Shown here piece after piece: positions 29,393 through 39,500 of a stretch of DNA of 64,000 bases. Under the pieces are notes generated by a model. The model saw only the letters and a program-made list of their open reading frames with translations. It did not search any database and was not told the DNA's origin. Where the stretch lies: the NCBI GenBank assembly GCA_965203055.1, contig OZ241863.1:2185313-2249312 (forward strand), written 5' to 3'. Positions within the stretch are counted from its first letter, which is position 1, and the number at the start of each line of letters is the position of its first letter. Origin of the DNA: Spirochaetia bacterium. GTDB taxonomy: Bacteria; Spirochaetota; Spirochaetia; SZUA-6; Bin103. The position numbers were made by a program, and so were the translations under genes.

Positions 29393-30561
29393 TGGCGCTG
29401 CTATCGATCCATCCGTTTCCCGCTCGCATGGCCCCGGAACTGGCCAGTCGTTCGATTGAAGCCGTGCCGGACGGTGGACTGGTGCTCGATCCGATGTGCG
29501 GCTCCGGCACCGTCGCCCGCGCCGCGGTGGAGGAAGGGCTGCGGTGCGTTGGCACCGATGTCGATCCATTGGCGGTCCTGATGGCAAGGGCATGGACTAC
29601 CCCGGTGGAACCTGAGGAGATTCGGAATGATGCGGAGCGGATCATACGGGAAGCCGGGAAGCTTGAAGATCTAGAGGTCGAACGGACGGCGGATGCGGAG
29701 ACAAGGGAATTCATCTCCTACTGGTTCGCGCCGCGACAGGAGTCGGCGCTGGCGCGCATCGCAACCGTGCTGCGGCGTTGGCAACGTCCGACAAGGGACG
29801 CACTGGCGGTCGCCGTGAGTCGGATCATCGTATCCAAGGAACGGATGGCGTCTCTGGCTCGTGACACCTCTCATAGTCGGCCCCACAAGGTTGCCGACTC
29901 CAATGACTTTGACGTCCCTTCCGGCTTTCTGCGCTCCGCCCGGTACGTGGCCGCACGGCTCGCACCGGATCGAATAACGGGGCAGGCCGATATTCGCCAA
30001 GCCGACGCGCGGCTACTCGACGGGGTCGACGACGCGAGCATCGACCTCGTGCTTACCTCGCCGCCGTACCTCAATGCCATAGACTACCTGCGCGGCCACC
30101 GGCTGGCTCTCGTCTGGTTGGGTCACGAATTGAGACCGCTGAGGGAAATCCGGGCGAACAGCGTCGGAGCGGAGCGCGTGATACCGGCGACCGATACGAA
30201 TCGCGACGTTCGGCGTTTCGTGGGAAATGTCGAATGGTCGAACATTGCTGCTCGGCATCTCGGCTGGATACGGCGTTACGCATCCGACATGGACGCGGTA
30301 CTCCGTCAGATCGTGCGCGTCATCAAGCGGACCGGCCAAGTGGTTCTGGTGCTTGGCAATTCGTTCCTCCGCGGGGCGACCATCGACAACGCGCGGCTCA
30401 TCAAGGAACTTGCCGAAAACGTCGGATTACGTCTCCAGGGCCAACACGTGCGGGAGATCCCTGCTCGGCGACGGTATCTTCCTCCGCCCGGTGTTGGTGA
30501 CGGCTCGCTCGACTCTCGCATGCGCCAGGAGACCGTCCTTACGTTCGCGTCCGATGCATGA
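29392..30561 (+). CDS. Site-specific DNA methyltransferase (amino-MTase, motif I before motif IV: alpha-class-like)
   Basis: Motif I LVLDPMCGSGTVARAA near the N-terminus and motif IV LVLTSPPYLNAIDY about 200 aa later. The start ATG overlaps the GHKL gene stop (TGATG). Confidence 0.75.
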   Translation: MALLSIHPFPARMAPELASRSIEAVPDGGLVLDPMCGSGTVARAAVEEGLRCVGTDVDPLAVLMARAWTTPVEPEEIRNDAERIIREAGKLEDLEVERTADAETREFISYWFAPRQESALARIATVLRRWQRPTRDALAVAVSRIIVSKERMASLARDTSHSRPHKVADSNDFDVPSGFLRSARYVAARLAPDRITGQADIRQADARLLDGVDDASIDLVLTSPPYLNAIDYLRGHRLALVWLGHELRPLREIRANSVGAERVIPATDTNRDVRRFVGNVEWSNIAARHLGWIRRYASDMDAVLRQIVRVIKRTGQVVLVLGNSFLRGATIDNARLIKELAENVGLRLQGQHVREIPARRRYLPPPGVGDGSLDSRMRQETVLTFASDA

Positions 30562-30648
30562 TAGACTACCCCCTCACTGCCCATGGTCAGCGTGCCGCCG
30601 GCGCCACTGCCAAGGTGCAGATGATCTACGTGAACCCGCTCTGCGGAA

Positions 30649-31623
30649 ATGGAGAATATGGACTACTTCAGTGATCGCGAGCGCCCGCCGCCACCACCAA
30701 CGATTACAGAATTTACGAACGCCTCCTGGCGGGGCGTCGCTGCCGCTATCGACACTCGGATTAGAGACGGATCGTTTGGTGCACGTTACCCCGAAATTTG
30801 TCAAGATGGACCATATCCATATGGCACTGATATAGACTCTTTTTGGTGCGCTTTAGCAGGTGATATACCGGAACTCAGTGAACGATGCGAGCGGTTCACA
30901 GAGACCGAACAACCTTCGTTGTTCGCAGCCATGGACTTGATTGAATTCTGCTGGCGTGCCGTAGGCAAACCTCAGAAGACATGGTATCATAAATTCTTTG
31001 ATCACCATCATCTGAAATTCGACGAGGACGCAGGAAAGAGTGAGTTTCGTGAAGATATAAATAGAATATTCCGTCGCAACGGAATGGCATATGAGTTAAC
31101 GACGAATGGAATCGTTGAACGGTTGGTGCCGGAGCAGATTTCGGCGATGGTTCATACGGAATACCGCACGAGTGACAGCGATCTGGACAGGATGCTCGAT
31201 AGTGCTCGTAGAAAATATCTGAGTCCTAACGATGACGAACGCCGTGATTCGCTCCAGTTCTTATGGGACGCATGGGAACGGATCAAAACGATAGACGGTC
31301 CCGACAAGAAATCGGGTGTAAAGAGTCTTCTTGATCAGGCTGCGGGGACGAGTGCATCGAAATTTCGCGCTACTTTGGAAGAGGAGGCAAAGAAATTGAC
31401 GTCGATCGGCAATAGTTTTCAGATACGACACTCGGAGACGAATCAGGAGCGTCTTGACTCCCCGCAGCACGTCGACTATGTCGCCTGCAGGATGTTTTCG
31501 TTCATCTACCTAATTCTTCGGCGTTTTCGTAGTGTTCCGGCGGGTCAATCGTATCATGACAACGGCGATGAAGAAGCCAGCGCTCTCCGCGCGGCTGCAG
31601 CCGATGACGCACTTCCGTTTTGA
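30649..31623 (+). CDS. Hypothetical protein (island gene between the GHKL–MTase pair and Type III mod)
   Basis: 324 aa, non-repetitive composition, lower GC; no motif I can name with confidence (an R-x(n)-H stretch, RRFRSVPAGQSYH, near the C-terminus is only suggestive of a HEPN-like fold). The 3' end overlaps the mod start by 4 nt. Confidence 0.5.
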   Translation: MENMDYFSDRERPPPPPTITEFTNASWRGVAAAIDTRIRDGSFGARYPEICQDGPYPYGTDIDSFWCALAGDIPELSERCERFTETEQPSLFAAMDLIEFCWRAVGKPQKTWYHKFFDHHHLKFDEDAGKSEFREDINRIFRRNGMAYELTTNGIVERLVPEQISAMVHTEYRTSDSDLDRMLDSARRKYLSPNDDERRDSLQFLWDAWERIKTIDGPDKKSGVKSLLDQAAGTSASKFRATLEEEAKKLTSIGNSFQIRHSETNQERLDSPQHVDYVACRMFSFIYLILRRFRSVPAGQSYHDNGDEEASALRAAAADDALPF

Positions 31624-34600
31624 GTATGCGGGACAAGAGAACACCGAAACCGGGGGCCGCCGATAGCGTTAGGTCGATCACGTATCCGGCGAAGCGGAAG
31701 AACATTCCGCCGGCGGGGTTGGAGGCGCAAGGGGTGGTTCGGGAGACGCCGACGGTGCGGTACGACTACAACCCGCATCTGCCGCCGGCGTTGCGCTCCG
31801 CGCCGGACGCCGCGGTCGAGGACCGGCTGCCGGAGTTGCTGGCGGCGGCGCGGCGGCGGGCGCTCTCCGAAGAAGAGGCGGCGCTGCTGGCAGCCGCGCT
31901 GCGCCGGCATGAGCCGTGGCTGGAGTGGAGCGGCAAGCGGGAGCGTCCGTGGTTCGAGGTCGATCCGGTGGCGCTGCACATGCACGAACGGGTCTCCACG
32001 CAGGCGATCCTGCGCGTGCTCAAGCGGCAGGACGCGCAGCGCGACCTGTTCGCCGATCCGCAACTCGACTACGCCCGGGCGGTGCAGTTCTACCGGCACG
32101 ACGTGGATTGGGCGAACCGGATGATCCTCGGCGACTCGCTGCAGGTGATGGCAAGCCTCGCCCGCCGCGAGGACTTGGCCGGCAAGGTGCAGATGATCTA
32201 CGTCGACCCGCCCTACGGGATCAGGTTCGCCTCCAACTTCCAGCCGCAGCTCGGCCAGCGCGACGTCAAGGACCGCCGGCAGGACCTGACCCGCGAGCCG
32301 GAGATGGTCAAGGCGTACCGCGACACCTGGACGCTGGGCGTCCACTCCTACCTGGCCTACCTGCGCGACCGGCTGGCGATGGCGCGCGAGCTGCTCACCG
32401 CCACCGGCAGCATCTTCGTCCAGATCAATGACGAGAATCTTCATCGTGTACGCTCTGTTATGGATGAAATCTACGGAGCGGATAACTTCATCGCGATCAT
32501 AGCATTCAAGAAGACAAGTGGACTGGGGACTTTCGGCGTCGGAAGCGTCTTGGACTTTCTACTCTGGTACGGTAAGGATAAGCAGCAGACAAAGACTAGA
32601 GACCTGCTCGAGGACAAGAATCCTGGCACCTCCGGAAGATTCTACGATCATGTGTTGTTTCCTACAGGGGAACTTAGGCGATTCTCAACATCTGAGAAAG
32701 ATAGCATAGGAGAGGAAGATGGAAAATTGTTACAGGGGAGTGTTCTTTACTCCGAAGGGGCTACGGAAACAGGTAAATTCGAGATCCAGGTAGGACCATA
32801 CAAGTTTCGTCCACCCGCCAATGCCCATTGGAAGACAACTCAAGATGGGATGAATCGTCTCCTCAGCGCCGATCGCGTATTCCTTAAAGGAAAAACCCCT
32901 CGCTATGTCCGTTATCTCGACGATTATCGATGCTATCCACTGACAAACGTCTGGACAGATACGGGATTTGGGGGGTTCGTCGGCGATCAATCAAAGACTT
33001 ACGTGGTTCAAACTTCGTCGTTGATCGTAGCGCGATGCATGTTGATGACTACCGATCCGGGCGATTTGGTGCTCGATCCGACCTGCGGCAGCGGCACGAC
33101 GGCCTACGTCGCCGAGCAGTGGGGGCGGCGCTGGATCACCATCGACACCAGCCGGGTGGCGCTGACGTTGGCCAAGCACCGGCTGATGACCGCCCGGTTC
33201 GACTACTACCGGCTGCGGGCGCTGAGCGCGGAGGACGTGGCGCGCAACCCGAACGGCACCTGGATCGAGGGCACGGACGGCAACGGCGGGCCGAACGGCG
33301 CGCGGCTGACGCTCGATTGCCGGACGGTGCCGCACATAACGCTGCGCAGCATCGCCCGTAACACCTCGCTCGATCCGATCTTCGCCCGCCACGAACCGAT
33401 ACTGGCCCAGGCGCTCGAAGCCCTGAACCGTGCGCTCGCCGCGGTCACCGCCGAGACGCGGCGGAAGCTGGTCGAGAAGTTGATCGCCAAGCACCGCCGC
33501 GACGGCGCCAACGCGGTCACCGATGCCGACGTGCGGCGCTGGCTGCTGCCGGACACGCCGGGCGACCGGCTCCGCCCGGTCGGGGCGCGCCGGCCGCTCA
33601 AGGCGGTCACCGCGCGGCAGGCAGCCCGGTACCGCGACCGGATTCCGGCGCGGGAATGGCGCGCGTGGCAGGCGCCGTTCGACGCCGACCCGGATTGGCC
33701 GCCGCCGCTGCAGGAGGCGCTGGCCGCCTACCGCGCCGCGTGGCGCGCGAAGATGGAGGAGGTCAACGCCGGCATCGCCGCCAACGCCGACGTCGAGGAG
33801 CTGGTCGACCAGCCGGCCGTCGTCAAGGGCACCGTCCGCGTCGCCGGACCGTTCACCATGGAAGGGGTGATCGCGCTGGAGGAAGGGCCGGATTCGCCCA
33901 TCGGCGGCGCGCCGGAGGAGTTGGACGACTTCGGCGCCGAAGACGGCGCCGCGGCGGTCGCCAACGCCGAGGCGCATCTGGACAAGATGATCCGCCTGCT
34001 CAAGGCGAGCGGCGTCCAGTTCCCCGGCAACAAGCACCAGCGCTTCGAGCGGCTCGACCCGATCACCGGGCCGGCGCTGATCCACGCCGAAGGCGAGTGG
34101 CTGAACGGCGCCGGCGCGGCTCGCACCGTGGCGGTCAGCGTCGGCCCGGAGGCCGGCAACGTCACCACGTGGCAGGTCGAGGAGGTGGTGCGCGCCGCCA
34201 ACCGGGCCGGCTACGACGACGTGGTGTTCGCCGGCTTCGGCTTCGACGCCGCGGCGCAGGCCGCCATCGAGCACGCCGCGCATCCCCATCTGCGCCTGCA
34301 CATGGCGCTGATCAGCCCCGACGCGGCCATGGCCGACCTGCTCAAGACCCAGCCCGGCAGCCAGATATTCACCGTGTTCAGCGCCCCGCGCGTGGCCGGC
34401 CCCACCCGCCGGGAGGACGGCGATTACGAAGTCGAGGTAGAAGGAATGGACGTCTACGATCCGGTCTCCAACACCCTCGCCCCCACCGAATCGGCGCGCA
34501 TCGCCGCCTGGTTCCTGGACACCGACTACGACGGGCGCACCTTCTGCATCTGCCAGGCGTTCTTCCCCGACAAGAGCAAGTGGCGCCGGCTGGCCAAGGC

Positions 34601-34781
34601 GCTCGGCAGCGCCGGCGTGGTGGACAAGGCCGCCTTCGACGACCTGAGCGGCCTGCGCAGCCTGCCGTTCGCCCCGCCGCCCGACCGGCGCGTCGGCGAA
34701 CCGTGGCGCATCGCGGTCAAGGTGATCGACCCGCGCGGCAACGAGGGTCTGCGCGTGCTGACCGTCGAGGCCCCGGCATGA
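31620..34781 (+). CDS. mod: Type III restriction-modification methyltransferase (Mod; beta-class N6A/N4C MTase with long C-terminal extension)
   Basis: Motif IV MIYVDPPYGIRF (about residue 195) precedes motif I LVLDPTCGSGTTAYVA (about residue 515): beta-class order as in Type III Mod and pfam N6_N4_Mtase. 1053 aa. The high-GC antisense ORF 32991..34301 is judged spurious. Confidence 0.75.
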   Translation: MSMRDKRTPKPGAADSVRSITYPAKRKNIPPAGLEAQGVVRETPTVRYDYNPHLPPALRSAPDAAVEDRLPELLAAARRRALSEEEAALLAAALRRHEPWLEWSGKRERPWFEVDPVALHMHERVSTQAILRVLKRQDAQRDLFADPQLDYARAVQFYRHDVDWANRMILGDSLQVMASLARREDLAGKVQMIYVDPPYGIRFASNFQPQLGQRDVKDRRQDLTREPEMVKAYRDTWTLGVHSYLAYLRDRLAMARELLTATGSIFVQINDENLHRVRSVMDEIYGADNFIAIIAFKKTSGLGTFGVGSVLDFLLWYGKDKQQTKTRDLLEDKNPGTSGRFYDHVLFPTGELRRFSTSEKDSIGEEDGKLLQGSVLYSEGATETGKFEIQVGPYKFRPPANAHWKTTQDGMNRLLSADRVFLKGKTPRYVRYLDDYRCYPLTNVWTDTGFGGFVGDQSKTYVVQTSSLIVARCMLMTTDPGDLVLDPTCGSGTTAYVAEQWGRRWITIDTSRVALTLAKHRLMTARFDYYRLRALSAEDVARNPNGTWIEGTDGNGGPNGARLTLDCRTVPHITLRSIARNTSLDPIFARHEPILAQALEALNRALAAVTAETRRKLVEKLIAKHRRDGANAVTDADVRRWLLPDTPGDRLRPVGARRPLKAVTARQAARYRDRIPAREWRAWQAPFDADPDWPPPLQEALAAYRAAWRAKMEEVNAGIAANADVEELVDQPAVVKGTVRVAGPFTMEGVIALEEGPDSPIGGAPEELDDFGAEDGAAAVANAEAHLDKMIRLLKASGVQFPGNKHQRFERLDPITGPALIHAEGEWLNGAGAARTVAVSVGPEAGNVTTWQVEEVVRAANRAGYDDVVFAGFGFDAAAQAAIEHAAHPHLRLHMALISPDAAMADLLKTQPGSQIFTVFSAPRVAGPTRREDGDYEVEVEGMDVYDPVSNTLAPTESARIAAWFLDTDYDGRTFCICQAFFPDKSKWRRLAKALGSAGVVDKAAFDDLSGLRSLPFAPPPDRRVGEPWRIAVKVIDPRGNEGLRVLTVEAPA

Positions 34782-35968
34782 TCGACCGCATCGTCATCGA
34801 GAACTTCAAGAGCTTCCGCAAGGTCGATCTCTCGCTCGGCCCGATGAATCTGTTCATCGGCACCAATGCCAGCGGCAAGTCCAACTTCCTCGACGCGCTG
34901 CGCGTGCTGCAGGGGATCGGCAACGGCTTCACCATCGGCGAGATTCTCGACGGCAAACCGAGAAGCGCGACCAGCGAAGTATGGGAAGGGATTCGAGGCG
35001 GCAGCTCACTGACCTGCTTCGCCGGCAGCGATGGCAATGCGACGCTTGAGGTAAGTGGAATCACGTCAGCACGCTGGGAGTACACAATATCGTTCTCGCC
35101 GGCGCACGGACGAGTCACCCGTGAACGTCTTAGGGTGGACGGAGAAGACATTTACGACTCTATTCCGGTTAGCAACAAGAACGAAAATCCTATCCTCTCG
35201 GTACAACACTACGCGGGAACACTAGAAAGGCCGTCGATGATGGAGTTTGACAGCTCCCGGCCGGTGCTCGGACAGCTTGCCAGTAGTTTGTTCGATTTTG
35301 GCGAATTCGCCGCGCGGACTCTCGTACTCTTGGCAAACTCCCAACGGATCGACCCGTCGCCGCCGGTGTTGCAGCAGTATTCGCAAGCCCGTCACGTGCA
35401 ACGTCTTGGGGAGCACGGAGAGAACTTCGCTGCGCTCGTGCGGACGATATGTAAGGATAAGCGAAAAAAGGGCGCCTACCTGGCATGGCTCCAGGAACTT
35501 CGGCCGGACGAGGTGCAAGACGTAGGGACGTTGAGAGGTGCTGTCGGCGAGGCGTTATTCATGATCCGGGAAGGCGGCCGGGTATTCCCCGCGCCGGTGC
35601 TGAGCGACGGCACCCTGCGGTTCGCGGCGATTACCGCCGCGTTCTTTCAGCCGGCAATGCCTAAAGTCATGACGATCGAGGAGATCGAGAACGGCATCCA
35701 CCCCAGTCGCCTGAGGTTGCTCATAGAGCTGCTGCGAAGTCAGACTGAATCGGGCGCAACGCAAGTCTTCGCCACTACGCATTCTCCGACCGTACTCGAA
35801 TGGCTCGAAGAGTCCGAGCACCGGACGACGTTCCTGGCCGCCCGTGACGAGTCCACGGGCGAGTCGACGATCCGACCGGTGATCGACGTGCCCCACTTCA
35901 AGGAGGTGGTGGAGAAGTATCCGTTGGCGGACCTGCTTGCGGAAGGCTGGCTGGAAGCCGTGCTGTGA
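34778..35968 (+). CDS. AAA/ABC-type ATPase of the OLD/AbiLi/AriA-like class (AAA_15/AAA_21-like)
   Basis: From the ATG at 34778 (ATGA overlap with the mod stop): MIDRIVIENFKSFRKVDLSLGPMNLFIGTNASGKSNFLDAL (Walker A), ...VMTIEEIENGIHP (Walker B/D-loop), ...FATTHSP (H-loop). 396 aa. Confidence 0.8.
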   Translation: MIDRIVIENFKSFRKVDLSLGPMNLFIGTNASGKSNFLDALRVLQGIGNGFTIGEILDGKPRSATSEVWEGIRGGSSLTCFAGSDGNATLEVSGITSARWEYTISFSPAHGRVTRERLRVDGEDIYDSIPVSNKNENPILSVQHYAGTLERPSMMEFDSSRPVLGQLASSLFDFGEFAARTLVLLANSQRIDPSPPVLQQYSQARHVQRLGEHGENFAALVRTICKDKRKKGAYLAWLQELRPDEVQDVGTLRGAVGEALFMIREGGRVFPAPVLSDGTLRFAAITAAFFQPAMPKVMTIEEIENGIHPSRLRLLIELLRSQTESGATQVFATTHSPTVLEWLEESEHRTTFLAARDESTGESTIRPVIDVPHFKEVVEKYPLADLLAEGWLEAVL

Positions 35969-36525
35969 AGGTGCTCGTGATCGCGGAAGATCCGGTCCAC
36001 AACGGTCAAGTCCTGAAGCCGCTGGCGCAGGCGCTGCTGGCTGACGCCGGCCGGGAATCGGCTCGGGTCCAGATCATGGGGAACCCAAGGATTCGCGGCT
36101 ACGCGCATGCGCTGCGAGCCATCCGCAACGAGATCGTCGGTCGTTATCGATGGTACGACCTCTGGTTGTTCTTCCCGGATGCCGATCGTGGTAGTCGTGA
36201 TGCGATGGAGCGGCTGGAGGCCGATCTCGCAGCGCAGGGTGTCTCGCTTCTCTGTTGTCCCGCGCAGCCCGAGGTGGAGATATACGCTTGCGCAGCGTTC
36301 CGCGGCGATATGACGGAGACCTGGAACGAAGCGCGAACAAATCCTCGAATGAAGGAAGAAGTATTCCAACCGCTTCTCGATCTGCACGGTGACCAAAGAC
36401 GGCCCGACAGAGGTAGAGGGCTGATGATCAATCAGTCGTTGAGGAATCTTCCGTTGCTGTTTCAGCTGTGCCCGGAACTGAAGTGTCTGCGCGACCGGAT
36501 CGCGGCGCATCTGAGCGAACATTGA
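35965..36525 (+). CDS. Small TOPRIM-like partner protein (RloB/AbiLii/DUF4276-like)
   Basis: 186 aa. The GTG start overlaps the ATPase stop (GTGA). A conserved-Glu motif KVLVIAEDP and a DxD motif LWLFFPDADRG fit the TOPRIM catalytic pattern seen in small partners of OLD-type ATPases. Confidence 0.55.
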   Translation: MKVLVIAEDPVHNGQVLKPLAQALLADAGRESARVQIMGNPRIRGYAHALRAIRNEIVGRYRWYDLWLFFPDADRGSRDAMERLEADLAAQGVSLLCCPAQPEVEIYACAAFRGDMTETWNEARTNPRMKEEVFQPLLDLHGDQRRPDRGRGLMINQSLRNLPLLFQLCPELKCLRDRIAAHLSEH

Positions 36526-39500
36526 GCGCTTCCGATACCGATACCGATACGCAGCTTCCGCTGCAGCCGGTCGAGGAGCCGATCATCTGCTCGCCCTACG
36601 CCGAGCCGGCGGCGCACTGGCTGTACGACACCGGCACCGGCCTGCCGTCGAAGATCGAGGGGCGGCGCGAGGCCGGCTACTGGTTCAAGACCGAGCGGGC
36701 GGGGAGCGCTCAGCAGGCGCTGTTCGCGGAGGAGGAACGGGACGATCTGCCGCTGGTGAACGTGCTGCGCGCCGACGTGCGCCGCTGGCGGCGGGCCGGC
36801 TGGCCCGGCTCGTCGCCGATCACCAAGAAGCTGCTGCGCCACTGGTGGCGCGAGGACCGCTCGCGGCGGCTGTTCTTCTGCCAGCTCGAAGCGGTGGAGA
36901 CCGTCATCTACCTGCGCGAGCTGCTGGCGCGGGGCAGGAAGCCGCGCTGGACGCCGCGGCTCTCGCTGCGCGAGTTCGAGCTGCTCGGCAAGGGCCGCAA
37001 TCCCCGCCCTGAAGAGTGGGTGGCCAAGGTGGCGCAGCCGCCCAAGCTCGCCGACTTCCCGAACAGCAGCGGCGGTCGGCCGATCCCGCGCTACGCCTGC
37101 AAGATGGCGACCGGCAGCGGCAAGACCGTGGTCATGGCGATGCTCGCCGCCTGGAGCTTCTGCAACCGCGGCGCGGCGCCCGCCGACCCGCGCTTCCCGC
37201 GCCGCGCGCTGGTGGTCTGTCCCAACCTCACCATCAAGGAGCGGCTGCAGGTGCTGCGCCCGGCCGCGCCCGGCAACTACTACGAGGAGTTCGACCTGGT
37301 GCCGTCCGCGCTGCGCCCGGAGCTGGCCAAAGGCAGGGTGCTGGTCACCAACTGGCACCGGCTCAGCCCCGACTCCGAGGAGATCCGCGTCGGCACGGTG
37401 GCGGTCGGCCGGATCGGCGAGGAGACCCCGGAGGCGTTCGCCCGCAACCGCCTGGGCGACCTGTACGACGGCGAGCCGCTGCTGGTGCTCAACGACGAAG
37501 GCCACCACGCCTACCGCCCGGCGCCCGCCGCCGACGACCTGCCGGCAACCGCGCGGGCCGAGCGCGAGGCGGCCACGGTGTGGGTGGACGGACTGGACCG
37601 GATCAACGCCGCCTGCGGCATCGACGTCTGCATCGACCTGTCGGCCACGCCGTTCTACCTGCAGGGCAGCGGCTATCCCGAAGGCTCCCCGTTCCCGTGG
37701 ATCGTCAGCGACTTCAGTCTGGTCGACGCCATCGAGTGCGGCATCACGAAAATTCCGCGGCTGCCCGCGGCGGACAACACCGGGCAGCCCGACCCCAAGT
37801 ACTTCCGGCTGTGGGAACACGTCACCCGCGACCTGCGACCGGGCGAACGGTTGACTCGGGGGCGGCCGAAGCCGGAGGTGGTCTACCGCAAGGTCGAAGA
37901 CGCCCTGCTCACCCTCGCCGGCGAATGGAAGGAGCGGTTCGAGCAGGCGCAGGCGGCCGCGCCCGGCCAGGACCGCACCCCGCCGGTGATGATCGTGGTG
38001 TGCGACAACACCGCCATCGCCACCCACTTCCACCGCATGATCTCCGGCGAGGAACCGGACGCGGACCACCCGCAGCAAAAGCGCTACGGCTCCGGCATCA
38101 AGGGATTCCCCGAGCTGTGGAACGCCGCCGGCGGCCAGTACACGCTGCGCATCGACTCCAAGCTGCTCGAAGCCGCCGAGAGCGGCGATCCCGCGGCCAC
38201 CAGGAAGGACGCCGCTGAGGAGTTGCGCCGCATCGTCGCGACCATCGGCCGGCCCGGCGCGCCCGGGGCGCGCATCCGCTGCGTAATCAGCGTGAACATG
38301 CTCAGCGAAGGGTGGGACGCCAACAACGTGACCCACATCCTGGGGCTGCGCGCGTTTTCGAGTCAGTTGCTGTGCGAGCAGGTGGTCGGCCGCGGCCTGC
38401 GCCGCATGGACTACACGCCGGACCCGGAGACCGGCCTGCTCACCGCGGAGTACGTCGACATCTTCGGCGTGCCGTTCTCGCTGATCCCGTTCAAGGGCCG
38501 CGCGCCGGGCGCGCCGGCGCCGGCGGACGATTCGGCCCCCAAGCATGAGGTGACCGCGCTCCCGGAGCGGCAGGCGTTCGAGATTCGCTTCCCGGTGGTG
38601 GAAGGCTACGTCATCTCGCTGGAGCGCCACCGCGTCACCTGCGACGTCGCCCAGGTGGAGCGCACGGCGCTCGATCCGGCGAGCGTGCCGGTCGACACCT
38701 TCGTGCGGCCGCAGGTCGGCTACAAGGTCGGCGCGCCGGGCCACTACGGCGGCTTCGGATTCGAGTCCGTCGACCGGCAGCAGTACTACGCCGCGCACCA
38801 TCCGCAGACGATCGCCTTCGAGATCGCCCGCGACGTGGTGCGCCAGCTCACCGACGCGGCGGACGGCGGCAACGGCGCAGCCAACGGCAACGGCGCGGCC
38901 CGGCAGGTCGCGCGCCACGCGCTGTTCCCGCAGGCGCTGCGGATCGTGCAGGCGTATCTCCGGGAGCGCGTTGACCTGCGCGGCTGCCACCCGTGCGAGA
39001 TCGGCCTGCAGACCTACGCCGAACGGATCGCCGCGCTGCTGGCCGCCGCGATCCGGCCGCACGACTCCCAAGGGGAACGGCCGCCGCTACCGCGCTTGAA
39101 CCGCTACCAGCCGCTCGGCAGCACCGCGCGGGTCCGCTTCAAGACCGCGCGCCCGGTGCAGGCGACGCAGGCCAGCCACCTCAATTACGTGGCCTGCGAC
39201 ACCGGCAGTTGGGAGCAGGCCGCGGCGGTCCGGCTCGAACGGCTGGCCGGGCAGGGCATCGTCGAGTGCTACGCGCGCAACGACCACCTGGAGTTCACCA
39301 TCCCCTACCAGCACTACGGCGACGGCGAACCGCGCGCCTACGAGCCCGACTTCATCGTGCGGCTGACCAACGGCCTCCACGTGGTGCTGGAGATCAAGGG
39401 CCAGTCCCGCGCGGACACCGACGCCAAGCACGAAGCGGCCAAGCGCTGGGTGCGCGCCGTCAATCACTGGCGCCGACTCGGCGAGTGGCGCTTCCTGGTA

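Noticed and set aside
32991-34301. 436-aa - ORF antisense to mod, and + ORFs 33656..35968 (770 aa) and 33523..33870
   Set aside because: These are high-GC stretches of mod read in wrong frames. The 770-aa ORF is real only from the ATG at 34778 (the ATPase).
36462-39071. 869-aa - ORF antisense to res, and 400-aa + ORF 37016..38218 in an alternate frame
   Set aside because: res has helicase motifs I, II and VI and a PD-(D/E)xK motif in its own frame; the others are low-complexity.
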